Below are positions 1 through 8,855 of a DNA stretch of 32,000 nt, one piece after another. The notes beneath the pieces were generated by a model. The model was given only the letters and a program-made list of their open reading frames with translations. It was not told the origin of the DNA and searched no databases. The DNA comes from Parasynechococcus marenigrum WH 8102. GTDB taxonomy: Bacteria; Cyanobacteriota; Cyanobacteriia; PCC-6307; Cyanobiaceae. Where the stretch lies: NCBI RefSeq assembly GCF_000195975.1, contig NC_005070.1:420001-452000 (forward strand), in the 5' to 3' direction. Each line of letters opens with the position of its first letter. The first letter of the stretch is position 1. The translations under genes and the position numbers were made by a program.

Positions 1-700
1 CAATCGTGAAATTGAACGGTGACCCTTCGCCGCTGAGGCTGTGCATGGTCCAGTGCAGATCAAAACTCAGGGCTGGTGAGTTCCACAAGCGAACCCGCGC
101 TTCCAGCATTCCGTCGGCGCATTGGTCGAGAAAATCACCAGTTCGGCAATTCGGGGGACCAATGCGGGAGTCATCGATCGCAATCAGCGCAGCATTCACC
201 CAGCTGTCTGGGTGACGCTGGAGCGCATTAAAGCCAAGATTGGGATAAACAGTGTCCCCAATCTGAATCATCGACCCTCGGGAATAGGCTGTGCGGTAAT
301 AAATCTGATCAGCTTCGCTCATTAGCTGACCGTTGGGCCAGCGAAAACCTTCTTCATTGACTTCCTGATTTGATTTGTCTCCTTCAGTCTCTTCATCCGC
401 AATGGCGATATTTCCTCTTTCATCTGAAGCATCTTGATCAACAGTTGGTTCCGTCCAGACCAACTGATCTGGCTCCAATCGTTCTTCTTCAGGGCTCAGT
501 GGCTCCCAGATCTGAGCATTGGCCGGTGCATCTGTTGTGGGAACAGGTTTCCAGGAGTTGACCGTAGTCGTTCCAAGGGTGCTGGGCTCGACCGTCTGCC
601 ATTGGGTCTGGGCCTGCAAGGCAGGGACACATCCCATGGGGACTGCAAGAGACACAGCCGCAACGCGGCGGTACAGCGACAACCGAACCCGAGACAACAA
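1..700 (-). CDS. Hypothetical secreted protein, N-terminal part only (3' end lies beyond the left edge of the window)
   Basis: The minus-strand frame is open across 1..700. It is absent from the supplied track because no stop lies in the window, so I translated it by hand. A TTG at 700, one nt after the stop of the upstream co-polymerase gene, gives MLSRVRLSLYRRVAAVSLAVPMGCVPALQA/QTQW. That is a basic n-region, a hydrophobic core and an AxA-like cleavage site. An E/D-rich linker follows, then a Y/W/G-rich region (YYRTAYSRGSMIQIGDTVYPNLGFNA...). Alternative in-frame ATG starts are at 637 and 322. Confidence 0.45.
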   Translation of the reverse strand, partial: MLSRVRLSLYRRVAAVSLAVPMGCVPALQAQTQWQTVEPSTLGTTTVNSWKPVPTTDAPANAQIWEPLSPEEERLEPDQLVWTEPTVDQDASDERGNIAIADEETEGDKSNQEVNEEGFRWPNGQLMSEADQIYYRTAYSRGSMIQIGDTVYPNLGFNALQRHPDSWVNAALIAIDDSRIGPPNCRTGDFLDQCADGMLEARVRLWNSPALSFDLHWTMHSLSGEGSPFNFTI

Positions 701-701
701 C

Positions 702-2387
702 TCAGGCCTCCAGCGTTGGATCAATCAGCAACCACCCGGCTAGTGGCGTTCCTTGCAGAGCCAGTTGCTCCCGTAGTTGTTGCAGTTGTTGGCGCTGGGG
801 GGCGCCGGGTGCTGTGACCAGCAGCTGAGTGCTGCAGGTGCGACTGGCGAGCAGGTCGCGGCTGACTAGGAGCTTTCGATTGCCAAGAGCTGCGACGAGG
901 GCCTGCTGAAGCTGCTCAATTTGGTTGTTGGGGAAGTTGCCTACGGGAATCAGAGCGACTGACTGAGCATCAGCGAGGGGACCCTCTGCCAGCAGCTGTG
1001 CTGTGCTGCTCCATTGCTCTGGAGCCATTGCCGGCAGACGCTCCAGCATTGGGCAAGGGAGCAAGGTTTTGAGCTCGTCTTCGCTGAAGACAAGGCCGCT
1101 GCGGCGATCGCGGATCAGGGCGGCGCCACAGCCCAGGACGAGCCCTCCAAACAGTCCCAAAGCCACCATCCGTTTCTTGCGGGGCGCAACTGGCTTGTCG
1201 AGCACAGTGGGGGTTGAAATCAACTCCCATGGATCGGTCTGACGGGCCTGATCGAGCTTGAGGCTTTGCAGCTGCACCTCAAGTTCAGCCAGGGTTTTCT
1301 CGTCCCTCAGTGCCGCCCGCACCAATTCGCGGTGTTTGAGCACCACCTCGCGAGGCCTCGTGAGAGACGCTAGCTGGGCCTCCGCTGTGATCAATTCGCC
1401 TTGCAGCAGTCCGATGGTCTGCTGGTTGATGTAAGCGATCAACCCACTGCGTTCGCGTTGAAGGCGTTGAATCGACTGATCCTGCGGGGTGAGCAGCGCT
1501 GACTGCTGCTGAAGTCTGGTTTCGACGCGCTGGAGCTGTGAGTAGATCTCAGTGTTTGCGGCCAGCTGGGGGGCTTTGTAAAGGGTGGTGTTTCCTGAAC
1601 GTTGTGCTGCAGCAATCCGCTGACGCAGGGCATTCACCTGATTCTGTGCTGCTTCGCGGCTGGCTTCCACAGACCCACCGTTCGTGCTTCCAGTCGCTCC
1701 CGTGGGCATGCCGTCTTGAATGCCAAGCCCATTCGCCAGGGCGTAGGCCTGAGCAGTGCGCATGGAGGTGGCGGATTGCTGGCGCAGCTTGTCGATTTCC
1801 TGTTCGAGGTAAGCCACGCCCTGGGTTAGGCCCCGGCGACGGTCTTTGCCGGAATACTCCTGGTAGGTGCGGGTGATGCGTTCCAGCACCGGCAGGATCA
1901 AATCTTCATCGGTGTCGCGATAGGTCAATGACAACACCGATGTGCCTTTCACCAGTTCAATCTCCAAGCTCCTGGTCCAATCGGTAATCACCCATTTGCT
2001 GACGTCTGCTCCAGCAGCGGCTTTGCTGGCTTTGACAAAGTCGTAGGTGGGCCTGAGCACCGAAGGACTTTCCAGAATCTTGACCTCGGTTACAAGCGAA
2101 CTTTCACCAGCACTCACGCCGGCAAGCCCCGCGAGCATCGGATTGGCTGCAGCCAGTTTTGCCAGACGGCCGCCCCCTACATCCTGGTTTTCCAGCACGA
2201 TCTGAAAACTTCCTTCCCACACCGGTTTGCGCGTGAAGGCGTAGATCCCACTCAGCAGCACCGTAGCGGCGGTGATGCCACCGATCAGTAGCCACTGGCG
2301 CTTGAGGGCTGCAGCAACCTGGCGCAGATCAATCTCGTCGTTGTCCAGCTGCTGGGGCTGAAGCGTCTGCGATGGGCTGCTCGTCAT
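702..2387 (-). CDS. Polysaccharide co-polymerase (Wzz/Wzc/GumC-type chain-length determinant) with a degenerate C-terminal nucleotide-binding-like tail
   Basis: 561-aa ORF. The N-terminus is Wzz-like with TM1 (IDLRQVAAALKRQWLLIGGITAATVLLSGIYAF). A long Q/L/R-rich, coiled-coil-like periplasmic region follows, then TM2 (RMVALGLFGGLVLGCGAALIRDRR). The cytoplasmic tail has no GxxxxGK[ST] Walker A. The start overlaps the stop of the upstream wza-like gene (ATGA). Confidence 0.75.
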   Translation of the reverse strand: MTSSPSQTLQPQQLDNDEIDLRQVAAALKRQWLLIGGITAATVLLSGIYAFTRKPVWEGSFQIVLENQDVGGGRLAKLAAANPMLAGLAGVSAGESSLVTEVKILESPSVLRPTYDFVKASKAAAGADVSKWVITDWTRSLEIELVKGTSVLSLTYRDTDEDLILPVLERITRTYQEYSGKDRRRGLTQGVAYLEQEIDKLRQQSATSMRTAQAYALANGLGIQDGMPTGATGSTNGGSVEASREAAQNQVNALRQRIAAAQRSGNTTLYKAPQLAANTEIYSQLQRVETRLQQQSALLTPQDQSIQRLQRERSGLIAYINQQTIGLLQGELITAEAQLASLTRPREVVLKHRELVRAALRDEKTLAELEVQLQSLKLDQARQTDPWELISTPTVLDKPVAPRKKRMVALGLFGGLVLGCGAALIRDRRSGLVFSEDELKTLLPCPMLERLPAMAPEQWSSTAQLLAEGPLADAQSVALIPVGNFPNNQIEQLQQALVAALGNRKLLVSRDLLASRTCSTQLLVTAPGAPQRQQLQQLREQLALQGTPLAGWLLIDPTLEA

Positions 2388-3580
2388 GGCTGGATATCTC
2401 GATAGATCGAATAAACGGAGTAGAGACCCACAGCGGGGGCTGTGATCTCATTCAGCACCTCAATGCCGGCACTGGCGATGGACTCGCGCAGGCGCACTAC
2501 ATCACCGGCCATCAACACGGGGTTGCGGTAGTCATCTGCGGGGGCGTCGCTCTTGAAGCCGAAGATGCGCCGGTCGATTTCGCCCTCACGGTTGAAGCGG
2601 ATGAACTCCACCTTGCCGTGCAGCAGTTTGGTGCCACCGGCCAGGTCGATCGCCTGCACCAAGGACGACCCCTGCGGCAGCGTCACGGCGCCTGGATTTC
2701 TGACACGTCCGCTGACGTACACCTGCATGAACTGCGGTGTGAGGTTTGTCTGGCCAGCTTTGAGCAGCTGTTCACGCAACACCTCAGGGCTCTTGGCCAC
2801 GCTCACCACATCTCCGTCGAAGAGGCGGATGTTCTGGCTTTCATCGCCGGTGGTGATCAGCGAGAGGAAATTGAGGTTGGTGCGGATGCGACCACCGCCG
2901 GAACTGGCGGCCTGGCGACGGGTCACCTGCACTTTGGAGAGGTCGGTGAAGGGGGTGATGCCCTGGGCAGCACGGATTGCGTCGAACACGGTGGGGAACT
3001 GCAAGCCAAAGGTGCTGAGGCCGCCTCCACTGGTTATCGCCGTGGCACCTCCGGGGACCTGATTCAGGCCGCCGCGCGACGTTCCTGGGGCAGACAGGCC
3101 ATCCAAGGTGGTCTGCTCGGCGGATTCCGAAATACGCTGAAGTTCATTGTCTTTACTGAGGGAGTAGTACCCGGGACGTTTGACCTCACCGCCCACGTAC
3201 ACGCGAATGGGCCTATAGCGGACTGGACGGATGTACACCTCCGGATCGCGCACGTAGGGGCGGAACTGCTCGGTAAGGAACAGCCGCAGCTCCTCAATCG
3301 TGAGGCCTTCCACGTAGAGGGCTCTCAGCCGAGGCAGGTAGATGGTTCCGTCTGGGCCGATGATGACCCTGCCGCTGAGTTCAGGCAGATCCAGCAGCTC
3401 AATGTCCAGTCCATCACCGGGGCCGAGGATGTAGGCATCAAAGCTGACGCGACTGCGCTCTTCACTGGTGAGGCTGGGAGCCTGACTGGTTTCAGAAGAT
3501 TCAGGCTGAGCTCTCAGCGACAGAGGTGTCAACACCAAGCTGGCTGCGAGTGCTCCGATGGACAGCCAGGACCGAAACAC
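2384..3580 (-). CDS. wza: Outer-membrane polysaccharide export protein (Wza/GumB/KpsD family)
   Basis: 398 aa with signal peptide MFRSWLSIGALAASLVLTPLSLRAQ. It has a Poly_export-type segment (YILGPGDGLDIELLDLPELSG...IGPDGTIYLPRL...LYVEGLTIEEL). SLBB-like repeats are present (VYVGGEVKRPGYY, VYVSGRVRNPGAV). It is coupled to the co-polymerase gene downstream. Confidence 0.85.
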   Translation of the reverse strand: MFRSWLSIGALAASLVLTPLSLRAQPESSETSQAPSLTSEERSRVSFDAYILGPGDGLDIELLDLPELSGRVIIGPDGTIYLPRLRALYVEGLTIEELRLFLTEQFRPYVRDPEVYIRPVRYRPIRVYVGGEVKRPGYYSLSKDNELQRISESAEQTTLDGLSAPGTSRGGLNQVPGGATAITSGGGLSTFGLQFPTVFDAIRAAQGITPFTDLSKVQVTRRQAASSGGGRIRTNLNFLSLITTGDESQNIRLFDGDVVSVAKSPEVLREQLLKAGQTNLTPQFMQVYVSGRVRNPGAVTLPQGSSLVQAIDLAGGTKLLHGKVEFIRFNREGEIDRRIFGFKSDAPADDYRNPVLMAGDVVRLRESIASAGIEVLNEITAPAVGLYSVYSIYRDIQP

Positions 3581-3658
3581 GTGCTTTGTTCTGATAAGCG
3601 TGAAGCTATGGCTTGAAGGGCTGTGATCAAGCCCTCAGTGGGCAGGCTTTTGGCTGGC

Positions 3659-4696
3659 TCAGGTATATCGCTCAGGGTTCTGCTGCTGCCAGGCCCAGCC
3701 GTCTCGGCAGATGTCTTCAAGGCTTCGCTGGGTGCGCCAGCCCAGGCGCTGAGCGGCATCGCCAGGCCGACGGTCCGTGATCGTGTTGGGGATGGAACGG
3801 CCGCTGGCGGCTTGCATGGACTGCACCACCTCCAGGACGGACTGTCCTTGGCCGCTGCCCAGGTTGAGGGTGACCATTTGTGTCGCTTCCGCCAGCAGGC
3901 AGTCCAGGGCGGCGCGGTGGCCATCCGCGAGATCCATCACGTGGATGTAGTCACGCACACCGGTGCCATCGGGGGTGGGCCAGTCGCCGCCGAACACCTG
4001 GAGCTGTTCTCTGCGTCCGTTAGCCACCTGACTCACGAAGGGGAAGAGGTTGTTGGGAATGCCCAGCGGGTTTTCGCCAATGCGGCCGGACGGATGGGCC
4101 CCGACGGGGTTGAAATAGCGCAAGCAAGCGATCCGCCAGGCGTCCTGAGCACTGGCATGCAGATCGGACAGCATTCGCTCAACAGCGGCCTTGGTGTGGC
4201 CGTAGGGGTTGATCGGAGAAATGGGAGCTGTCGCAGGGATCGGAACGGTTTCTGGATTTCCGTAGACCGTAGCGCTGCTGCTGAAGACAAGGGTGTGGCA
4301 GCTATGGGCATCCATGGCCTCCAGCAGGCAGCGACTGCCGTTCAGGTTCACATCCCAGTAGTGAAGTGGCTTCTCCACGGACTCTCCAACAGCTTTGAGG
4401 CCGGCGAAATGGATTACGGCATCAATCCCAGACGGCGCCTTGGTGAAGGCTTGCTCAAGATTCCTGGGGCTGCGGATGTCTCCTTGCATCTGCCGCAACC
4501 GAGGAGCGGCCGCAGGTCCAGCGAGCTCGCGCACACGCTCAAGTGCGATCGGGCTGCTGTTGCTGAAATCGTCGAAGACCAGCAGCTCATGGCCCGCCTC
4601 CAGCAGCACCAGGCCGGTATGGCTGCCGATGAAGCCTGCCCCGCCTGTAATCAAGAGCTGCGCCAATGGGTTGGTAACGCAGTGGACTCCCATCAT
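3659..4696 (-). CDS. galE: UDP-glucose 4-epimerase
   Basis: Rossmann motif LITGGAGFIGSH, catalytic YGHTK (YxxxK) and the GalE signature NPVGAHPSGRIGE. The track ORF extends to 4831, but the Rossmann motif follows the MM pair at 4696/4693 after about 15 residues. That gives the usual ~345-aa length, so I place the start at 4696. Confidence 0.9.
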   Translation of the reverse strand: MMGVHCVTNPLAQLLITGGAGFIGSHTGLVLLEAGHELLVFDDFSNSSPIALERVRELAGPAAAPRLRQMQGDIRSPRNLEQAFTKAPSGIDAVIHFAGLKAVGESVEKPLHYWDVNLNGSRCLLEAMDAHSCHTLVFSSSATVYGNPETVPIPATAPISPINPYGHTKAAVERMLSDLHASAQDAWRIACLRYFNPVGAHPSGRIGENPLGIPNNLFPFVSQVANGRREQLQVFGGDWPTPDGTGVRDYIHVMDLADGHRAALDCLLAEATQMVTLNLGSGQGQSVLEVVQSMQAASGRSIPNTITDRRPGDAAQRLGWRTQRSLEDICRDGWAWQQQNPERYT

Positions 4697-4932
4697 CCAA
4701 CGGGCTGACCAGCTAATGGCTTCAGCGCCTTCCTTCCATTGGAATAATTGGACTTTCCTGAGTGGGGAACTCTGGTTCCGATCGGCTGAACCTGTCGATG
4801 CCAATGCGAGCAGGACTGAGTTCCATGACAAACTCCGTTGATAACGTCACAGTCGAGTTGATCGAGCTCAGCTCTCGACCGCTGTGACTGCAGGCAGCCG
4901 TGGTGTGCCTGCAAGACGTTCTGAAAGATTTC
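4697..4932. promoter_or_regulatory. Divergent intergenic region between galE (minus) and gmd (plus); presumed bidirectional promoter region
   Basis: This is inferred from gene arrangement only. I could not pick out convincing -10/-35 elements by eye. Confidence 0.3.
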
Positions 4933-6096
4933 ATGCCCTCCTCCGCCACTAGAGCTGCCAAAACTGCCCTGATCACAGGCATTACAGGCCAAGACGGCAG
5001 TTACCTGGCGGAGCTTCTGCTGGAGAAGGGCTATTTGGTGCACGGGATCAAGCGCCGGGCCAGCAGCTTCAACACCACTCGGATCGATCACCTGTATCAG
5101 GATCCGCACGAGAGCGATCCTCGACTGGTGCTGCACTACGGCGATCTCACCGACAGCACCAACCTGATCCGGATCATCCAGCAGGAGCAACCGGACGAGA
5201 TCTACAACCTTGGTGCTCAAAGCCATGTGGCCGTGAGCTTTGAGGCGCCGGAATACACGGCAAACAGCGATGCCCTTGGCACCCTGCGCATCCTCGAGGC
5301 GGTGCGGATGCTCGGGCTCATAGGAAAAACCCGGATCTATCAGGCCAGCACTAGCGAGCTCTACGGCCTAGTGCAGGAGGTGCCGCAGAAGGAGTCGACA
5401 CCCTTTTATCCGCGCAGCCCCTACGGCGTCGCCAAGCTTTACGCCTACTGGATCACGGTCAATTACCGCGAGGCCTACGGGATGTATGCCTGCAACGGCA
5501 TCCTGTTCAACCATGAGAGTCCGCGGCGCGGCGAGACGTTTGTGACCCGCAAGATCACCCGGGGTCTGGCGCGGATCGATGCGGGGCTGGAGCAGTGCCT
5601 GTTCATGGGCAACCTCGATTCCCTACGCGACTGGGGCCATGCGCGCGACTACGTGGAGATGCAGTGGCGGATGCTCCAGCAGGAAGGTCCGCCGGAAGAC
5701 TTCGTGATCGCCACCGGCCGGCAGGAGTCGGTGCGGCGCTTTATTGAGCTAGCAGCATCCGAACTCGGTTGGGGCAGCATCCAGTGGCAGGGCAGAGGCT
5801 TGCAGGAAACTGGATCTCGCGCCGACACCGGCGATGTGGTGGTGCGTATTGATCCGCGCTATTTCCGCCCGGCAGAGGTTGAAACGCTGCTTGGTGATCC
5901 CACCAGAGCAAAAGAGAAGCTTGGCTGGATCCCCACCACCACCCTGGAGGAACTTGTGGCCGAGATGGTTGCCACGGATCGGGAGGACGCCAAGAAAGAT
6001 GCACACCTCAAACGCAAGGGTTTTGCGGTTGTTGGTTCGATGGAGAACCCGCCTACAAACCCTGAAGCGATCAAAGCGGCTGGAGGCGCAGAGTGA
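4933..6096 (+). CDS. gmd: GDP-mannose 4,6-dehydratase
   Basis: Canonical N-terminus [44 protein letters not shown], plus SELYG and [11 protein letters not shown]. The ATG at 4933 fits the family N-terminus better than the GTG at 4900 listed in the track. Confidence 0.92.
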   Translation: MPSSATRAAKTALITGITGQDGSYLAELLLEKGYLVHGIKRRASSFNTTRIDHLYQDPHESDPRLVLHYGDLTDSTNLIRIIQQEQPDEIYNLGAQSHVAVSFEAPEYTANSDALGTLRILEAVRMLGLIGKTRIYQASTSELYGLVQEVPQKESTPFYPRSPYGVAKLYAYWITVNYREAYGMYACNGILFNHESPRRGETFVTRKITRGLARIDAGLEQCLFMGNLDSLRDWGHARDYVEMQWRMLQQEGPPEDFVIATGRQESVRRFIELAASELGWGSIQWQGRGLQETGSRADTGDVVVRIDPRYFRPAEVETLLGDPTRAKEKLGWIPTTTLEELVAEMVATDREDAKKDAHLKRKGFAVVGSMENPPTNPEAIKAAGGAE

Positions 6097-7064
6097 GCCC
6101 CCTGATCACCCCAGCTGACAGGATCTACGTTGCCGGCCATCGCGGTATGGCTGGCAGCGCCATATTCAGAGCTCTGGAACGAGGTGGCTACCACCAACTG
6201 CTGACAGCCAGCCGCTCTGAGCTCGACCTACTCGATGGACCTTCGGTGCAAGCCTGGTTCACAAAGCACCAACCCACGGTGGTGGTTCTGGCGGCAGCGA
6301 AGGTGGGCGGCATCCAAGCCAATAGCAGCTATCCGGCTGACTTTCTGCTGGAAAACCTCAAGATCCAGACACATGTGATCGAAACTGCCTGGCGCTCTGG
6401 TGTGCAGCGGCTGTTGTTCCTTGGCAGCAGCTGCATCTACCCGAAGTTCGCCGAGCAGCCGATCAAGGAGGAAGCGCTGCTTTCAGGTGCTTTGGAGCCC
6501 ACGAACGAGTGGTACGCCATTGCCAAAATCGCAGGAATCAAGCTGTGCGAATCGCTCAGGCGGCAGCATGGTTTTGATGCGATCAGCCTGATGCCCACCA
6601 ACTTGTATGGGCCGGGCGACAATTACCACTCCACTAATAGCCATGTGCTGCCTGCGCTGATTCGCCGCTTTCATGAGGCAACGAAGGCGAATGCTGAGAC
6701 CGTCACGTGTTGGGGCACGGGGTCACCCCTGCGTGAATTTTTGCACGTCGATGATCTCGGGGAAGCTTGTTTGTTTGCTTTGGAGCAGTGGAGCCCAGCG
6801 CCAAGTGAGCTCAGCTATTTAAATGTTGGTACGGGTGTGGACCTGAGTATCCGTGAGCTTGCTGAAGCAGTAGCAATTGCTACTCACTACCAGGGGGAGA
6901 TCTGCTGGGACATCACCAAGCCCGATGGAACTCCAAAGAAACAGCTTGATGTCAATCGACTCAAAGCTTTGGGTTGGAGTTCGCGAATTCCTTTGGCAGA
7001 AGGTTTGGCTAGGACAGTGGAGATATTCCGGCATGAGCTAGCTCAACAACTAGTTCGACTTTAG
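6093..7064 (+). CDS. fcl: GDP-L-fucose synthase (GDP-4-keto-6-deoxy-D-mannose 3,5-epimerase/4-reductase)
   Basis: [35 protein letters not shown] and [13 protein letters not shown] are typical of Fcl/WcaG. The GTG start overlaps the gmd stop (GTGA). Confidence 0.9.
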   Translation: MSPLITPADRIYVAGHRGMAGSAIFRALERGGYHQLLTASRSELDLLDGPSVQAWFTKHQPTVVVLAAAKVGGIQANSSYPADFLLENLKIQTHVIETAWRSGVQRLLFLGSSCIYPKFAEQPIKEEALLSGALEPTNEWYAIAKIAGIKLCESLRRQHGFDAISLMPTNLYGPGDNYHSTNSHVLPALIRRFHEATKANAETVTCWGTGSPLREFLHVDDLGEACLFALEQWSPAPSELSYLNVGTGVDLSIRELAEAVAIATHYQGEICWDITKPDGTPKKQLDVNRLKALGWSSRIPLAEGLARTVEIFRHELAQQLVRL

Positions 7065-7232
7065 CTTTAGAGAATAAAACTGATGAAAATCTCTGAAATT
7101 AAATCTTGCATGAATTCTCCTAGACTTCCTGAGAAATTTATCCAAAAATTTTGTGCTGTCGTGTCAAAAGTTGCCTTGGCTGCTATCTTTCTCAATATTC
7201 TGCTAAATGATTATTCTGTGATCTGAAGACTA

Positions 7233-8855
7233 ATGAGTAATGAAAGAACCTTTAAAATTTTAGATTGCACCCTCCGTGATGGCGGATACTATAATAACTG
7301 GAACTTTAGCGATGAGTTAATAGAAAATTACGTTCGTGCCAGTTTGGCTGCCAAGATTGATGTTATAGAAATTGGATTCCGATCTTCTTTGAATAATAAG
7401 TTCAAAGGGGCATGTGCATATAGTTCAGATTTATTTCTAGAGAATTTACCTTTCTTGAATGGTACTGATATCGCTGTGATGGTTAACGGATCTGAGATCT
7501 GTAGAACTGATTCTATACCGCGCCTATTAGAAAAACTTTTTCCGAAGCCCGCCATATCATCAATTGTTTCAATAGTTCGTATTGCATGCCATTTTTCAGA
7601 ATTATCTAGAGTTTTATCTGCTACACGATGGCTTGCGGATCATGGGTATAAGATATGCATCAATATAATGCAAATATCAGATCGAAAATACGCTGATATT
7701 AAGGAAATAACATCAATGGCTTCTGATTGCCCCATTGATGTTCTTTATTTCGCTGACTCAACCGGATCGCTGAAGCCGGATGACATCTCTAGAATTGTCG
7801 AATGGTTCCGTACTGGTTGGCAGAGAGAACTCGGTATACATACCCACAACAATATGGGAATTGCACTTCAAAATACTTTACGTGCTTATGAAGAGGGTGT
7901 TAATTGGTTGGATTCAACTGTGAGTGGTATGGGCAGAGGTCCAGGTAATGCGAAAACAGAAGAACTTGTCATAGAAACTGAGACTTTACGCGATGGCAAT
8001 GTCAATTACGTGCCACTGATGGCTCTAAGTAGACAGAAATTTGATAAACTCAAAGCTCAGTACGGGTGGGGACCTCATCCATATTATTATTTGTCTGGCA
8101 AGTATGGTATACATCCAAGTTATATTCAAGAAATGATTAATGATGCTCGTTATGACGACGAAGACATCATTGCAGTGACAAATCAATTAAAATCTGAAGG
8201 AGGCAAAGTTTTTAGTCTTGATTCTTTAGACCTCGCACGTCAATTTTATATCGACAAAGCAAATGGATCTTGGTCACCAACTGAAATATTTAATGGTCGA
8301 GAAGTACTGATTTTAGGGTCTGGCCCAGGGGTTCGTGAACATTCATCTGCCCTAGAACTATATATACAAAAGCAATCACCTCTTGTACTTGCACTCAATA
8401 CACAGTCAGCAATCGATTCGTCTTTGATTGATCTTAGAATTGCCTGTCACCCTGTTCGCCTAATAGCTGATGTAGAGGAATACAATCAACTAGCCGAGCC
8501 ATTAATTATCCCAGTTTCTTCACTACCAAAATCTTTAAGAAATGAATTGGCCAATAAAAAAGTTTTTGATTACGGCTTAGGTATATCCGCGAATAAGTTT
8601 CAATGCAATAATACGTATTGCATTATTCCCTCACCTCTGGTTCTCGCTTATGCGCTAGCTGTTGCTACAAGTGGTAAGTCAAAGAACATTCTTTTGGCAG
8701 GCTTTGACGGTTATGCTCCAGGTGATCCAAGAAATGAAGAAATTGAAAATATATTTTTAACTTATTTTAATTCATATCCTAATGCTTTACTCCATTCGAT
8801 AACTTCAACGAATTTTAAGACCATAGCTTCTAAAAGCTTATATGGAATGTTTTGA
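7233..8855 (+). CDS. DRE-TIM metallolyase (HMGL-like / DmpG-type pyruvate aldolase) domain fused to a C-terminal MptE/DUF115-like domain
   Basis: The N-terminus has LDCTLRDGGY (the DxTLRDG motif). It also has GIHTHNNMGIALQNTLRAYEEGVNWLDSTVSGMGRGPGNAKTEEL, which carries the HxH metal site and GxGxxAGN-like motif of the HMGL-like family. The C-terminal ~185 aa carries VLILGSGPG and, about 130 aa later, KNILLAGFDGYAPG. That motif pair recalls MptE/DUF115 (Maf) and Cst-type folds. Confidence 0.6.
   Translation: MSNERTFKILDCTLRDGGYYNNWNFSDELIENYVRASLAAKIDVIEIGFRSSLNNKFKGACAYSSDLFLENLPFLNGTDIAVMVNGSEICRTDSIPRLLEKLFPKPAISSIVSIVRIACHFSELSRVLSATRWLADHGYKICINIMQISDRKYADIKEITSMASDCPIDVLYFADSTGSLKPDDISRIVEWFRTGWQRELGIHTHNNMGIALQNTLRAYEEGVNWLDSTVSGMGRGPGNAKTEELVIETETLRDGNVNYVPLMALSRQKFDKLKAQYGWGPHPYYYLSGKYGIHPSYIQEMINDARYDDEDIIAVTNQLKSEGGKVFSLDSLDLARQFYIDKANGSWSPTEIFNGREVLILGSGPGVREHSSALELYIQKQSPLVLALNTQSAIDSSLIDLRIACHPVRLIADVEEYNQLAEPLIIPVSSLPKSLRNELANKKVFDYGLGISANKFQCNNTYCIIPSPLVLAYALAVATSGKSKNILLAGFDGYAPGDPRNEEIENIFLTYFNSYPNALLHSITSTNFKTIASKSLYGMF

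Noticed and set aside
6-817. Several plus-strand ORFs at the left edge (6..215, 122..325, 370..561, 434..817, 519..743).
   Set aside because: All overlap the continuous minus-strand frame that encodes a convincing signal peptide and is coupled to the co-polymerase gene. The plus-strand translations are Arg/Pro/Ser-rich and look non-proteinaceous.
3616-3636. An imperfect inverted repeat (AAGGGCT-N7-AGCCCTC) between galE and the wza-like gene, considered as a possible terminator or attenuator.
   Set aside because: The stem is 6-7 bp with a mismatch or wobble and has no U-tract on the transcribed (minus) strand. The genes are probably co-transcribed.
2372-4708. Two very long plus-strand ORFs (2372..3616, 414 aa; 3623..4708, 361 aa) lie opposite the wza-like and galE genes.
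   Set aside because: They are antisense shadow ORFs, typical of GC-rich coding DNA. Their translations are Gly/Ala/Arg-rich with no recognisable motifs. The minus-strand products carry strong family signatures.
4697-4831. A 45-codon N-terminal extension of galE suggested by the track (start at 4831).
   Set aside because: GalE proteins begin a few residues before the GxxGxxG motif. The extension (MSWNSVLLALASTGSADRNQ...) has no counterpart in the family and would consume most of the divergent promoter region.
4693-6197. Minus-strand ORFs overlapping gmd and the start of fcl (4693..5226, 4722..4982, 5741..6004, 5749..6006, 5859..6197).
   Set aside because: They are antisense to a textbook Gmd sequence and show no motifs. 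They are GC-rich shadow frames.
7083-7226. A 47-codon ORF (MKISEIKSCMNSPRLPEKFIQKFCAVVSKVALAAIFLNILLNDYSVI) in the fcl-to-island spacer, with a hydrophobic C-terminal segment.
   Set aside because: It is too short to support from sequence alone and I saw no ribosome-binding signal. It could be a small membrane peptide, but it is equally likely a chance ORF at the junction.
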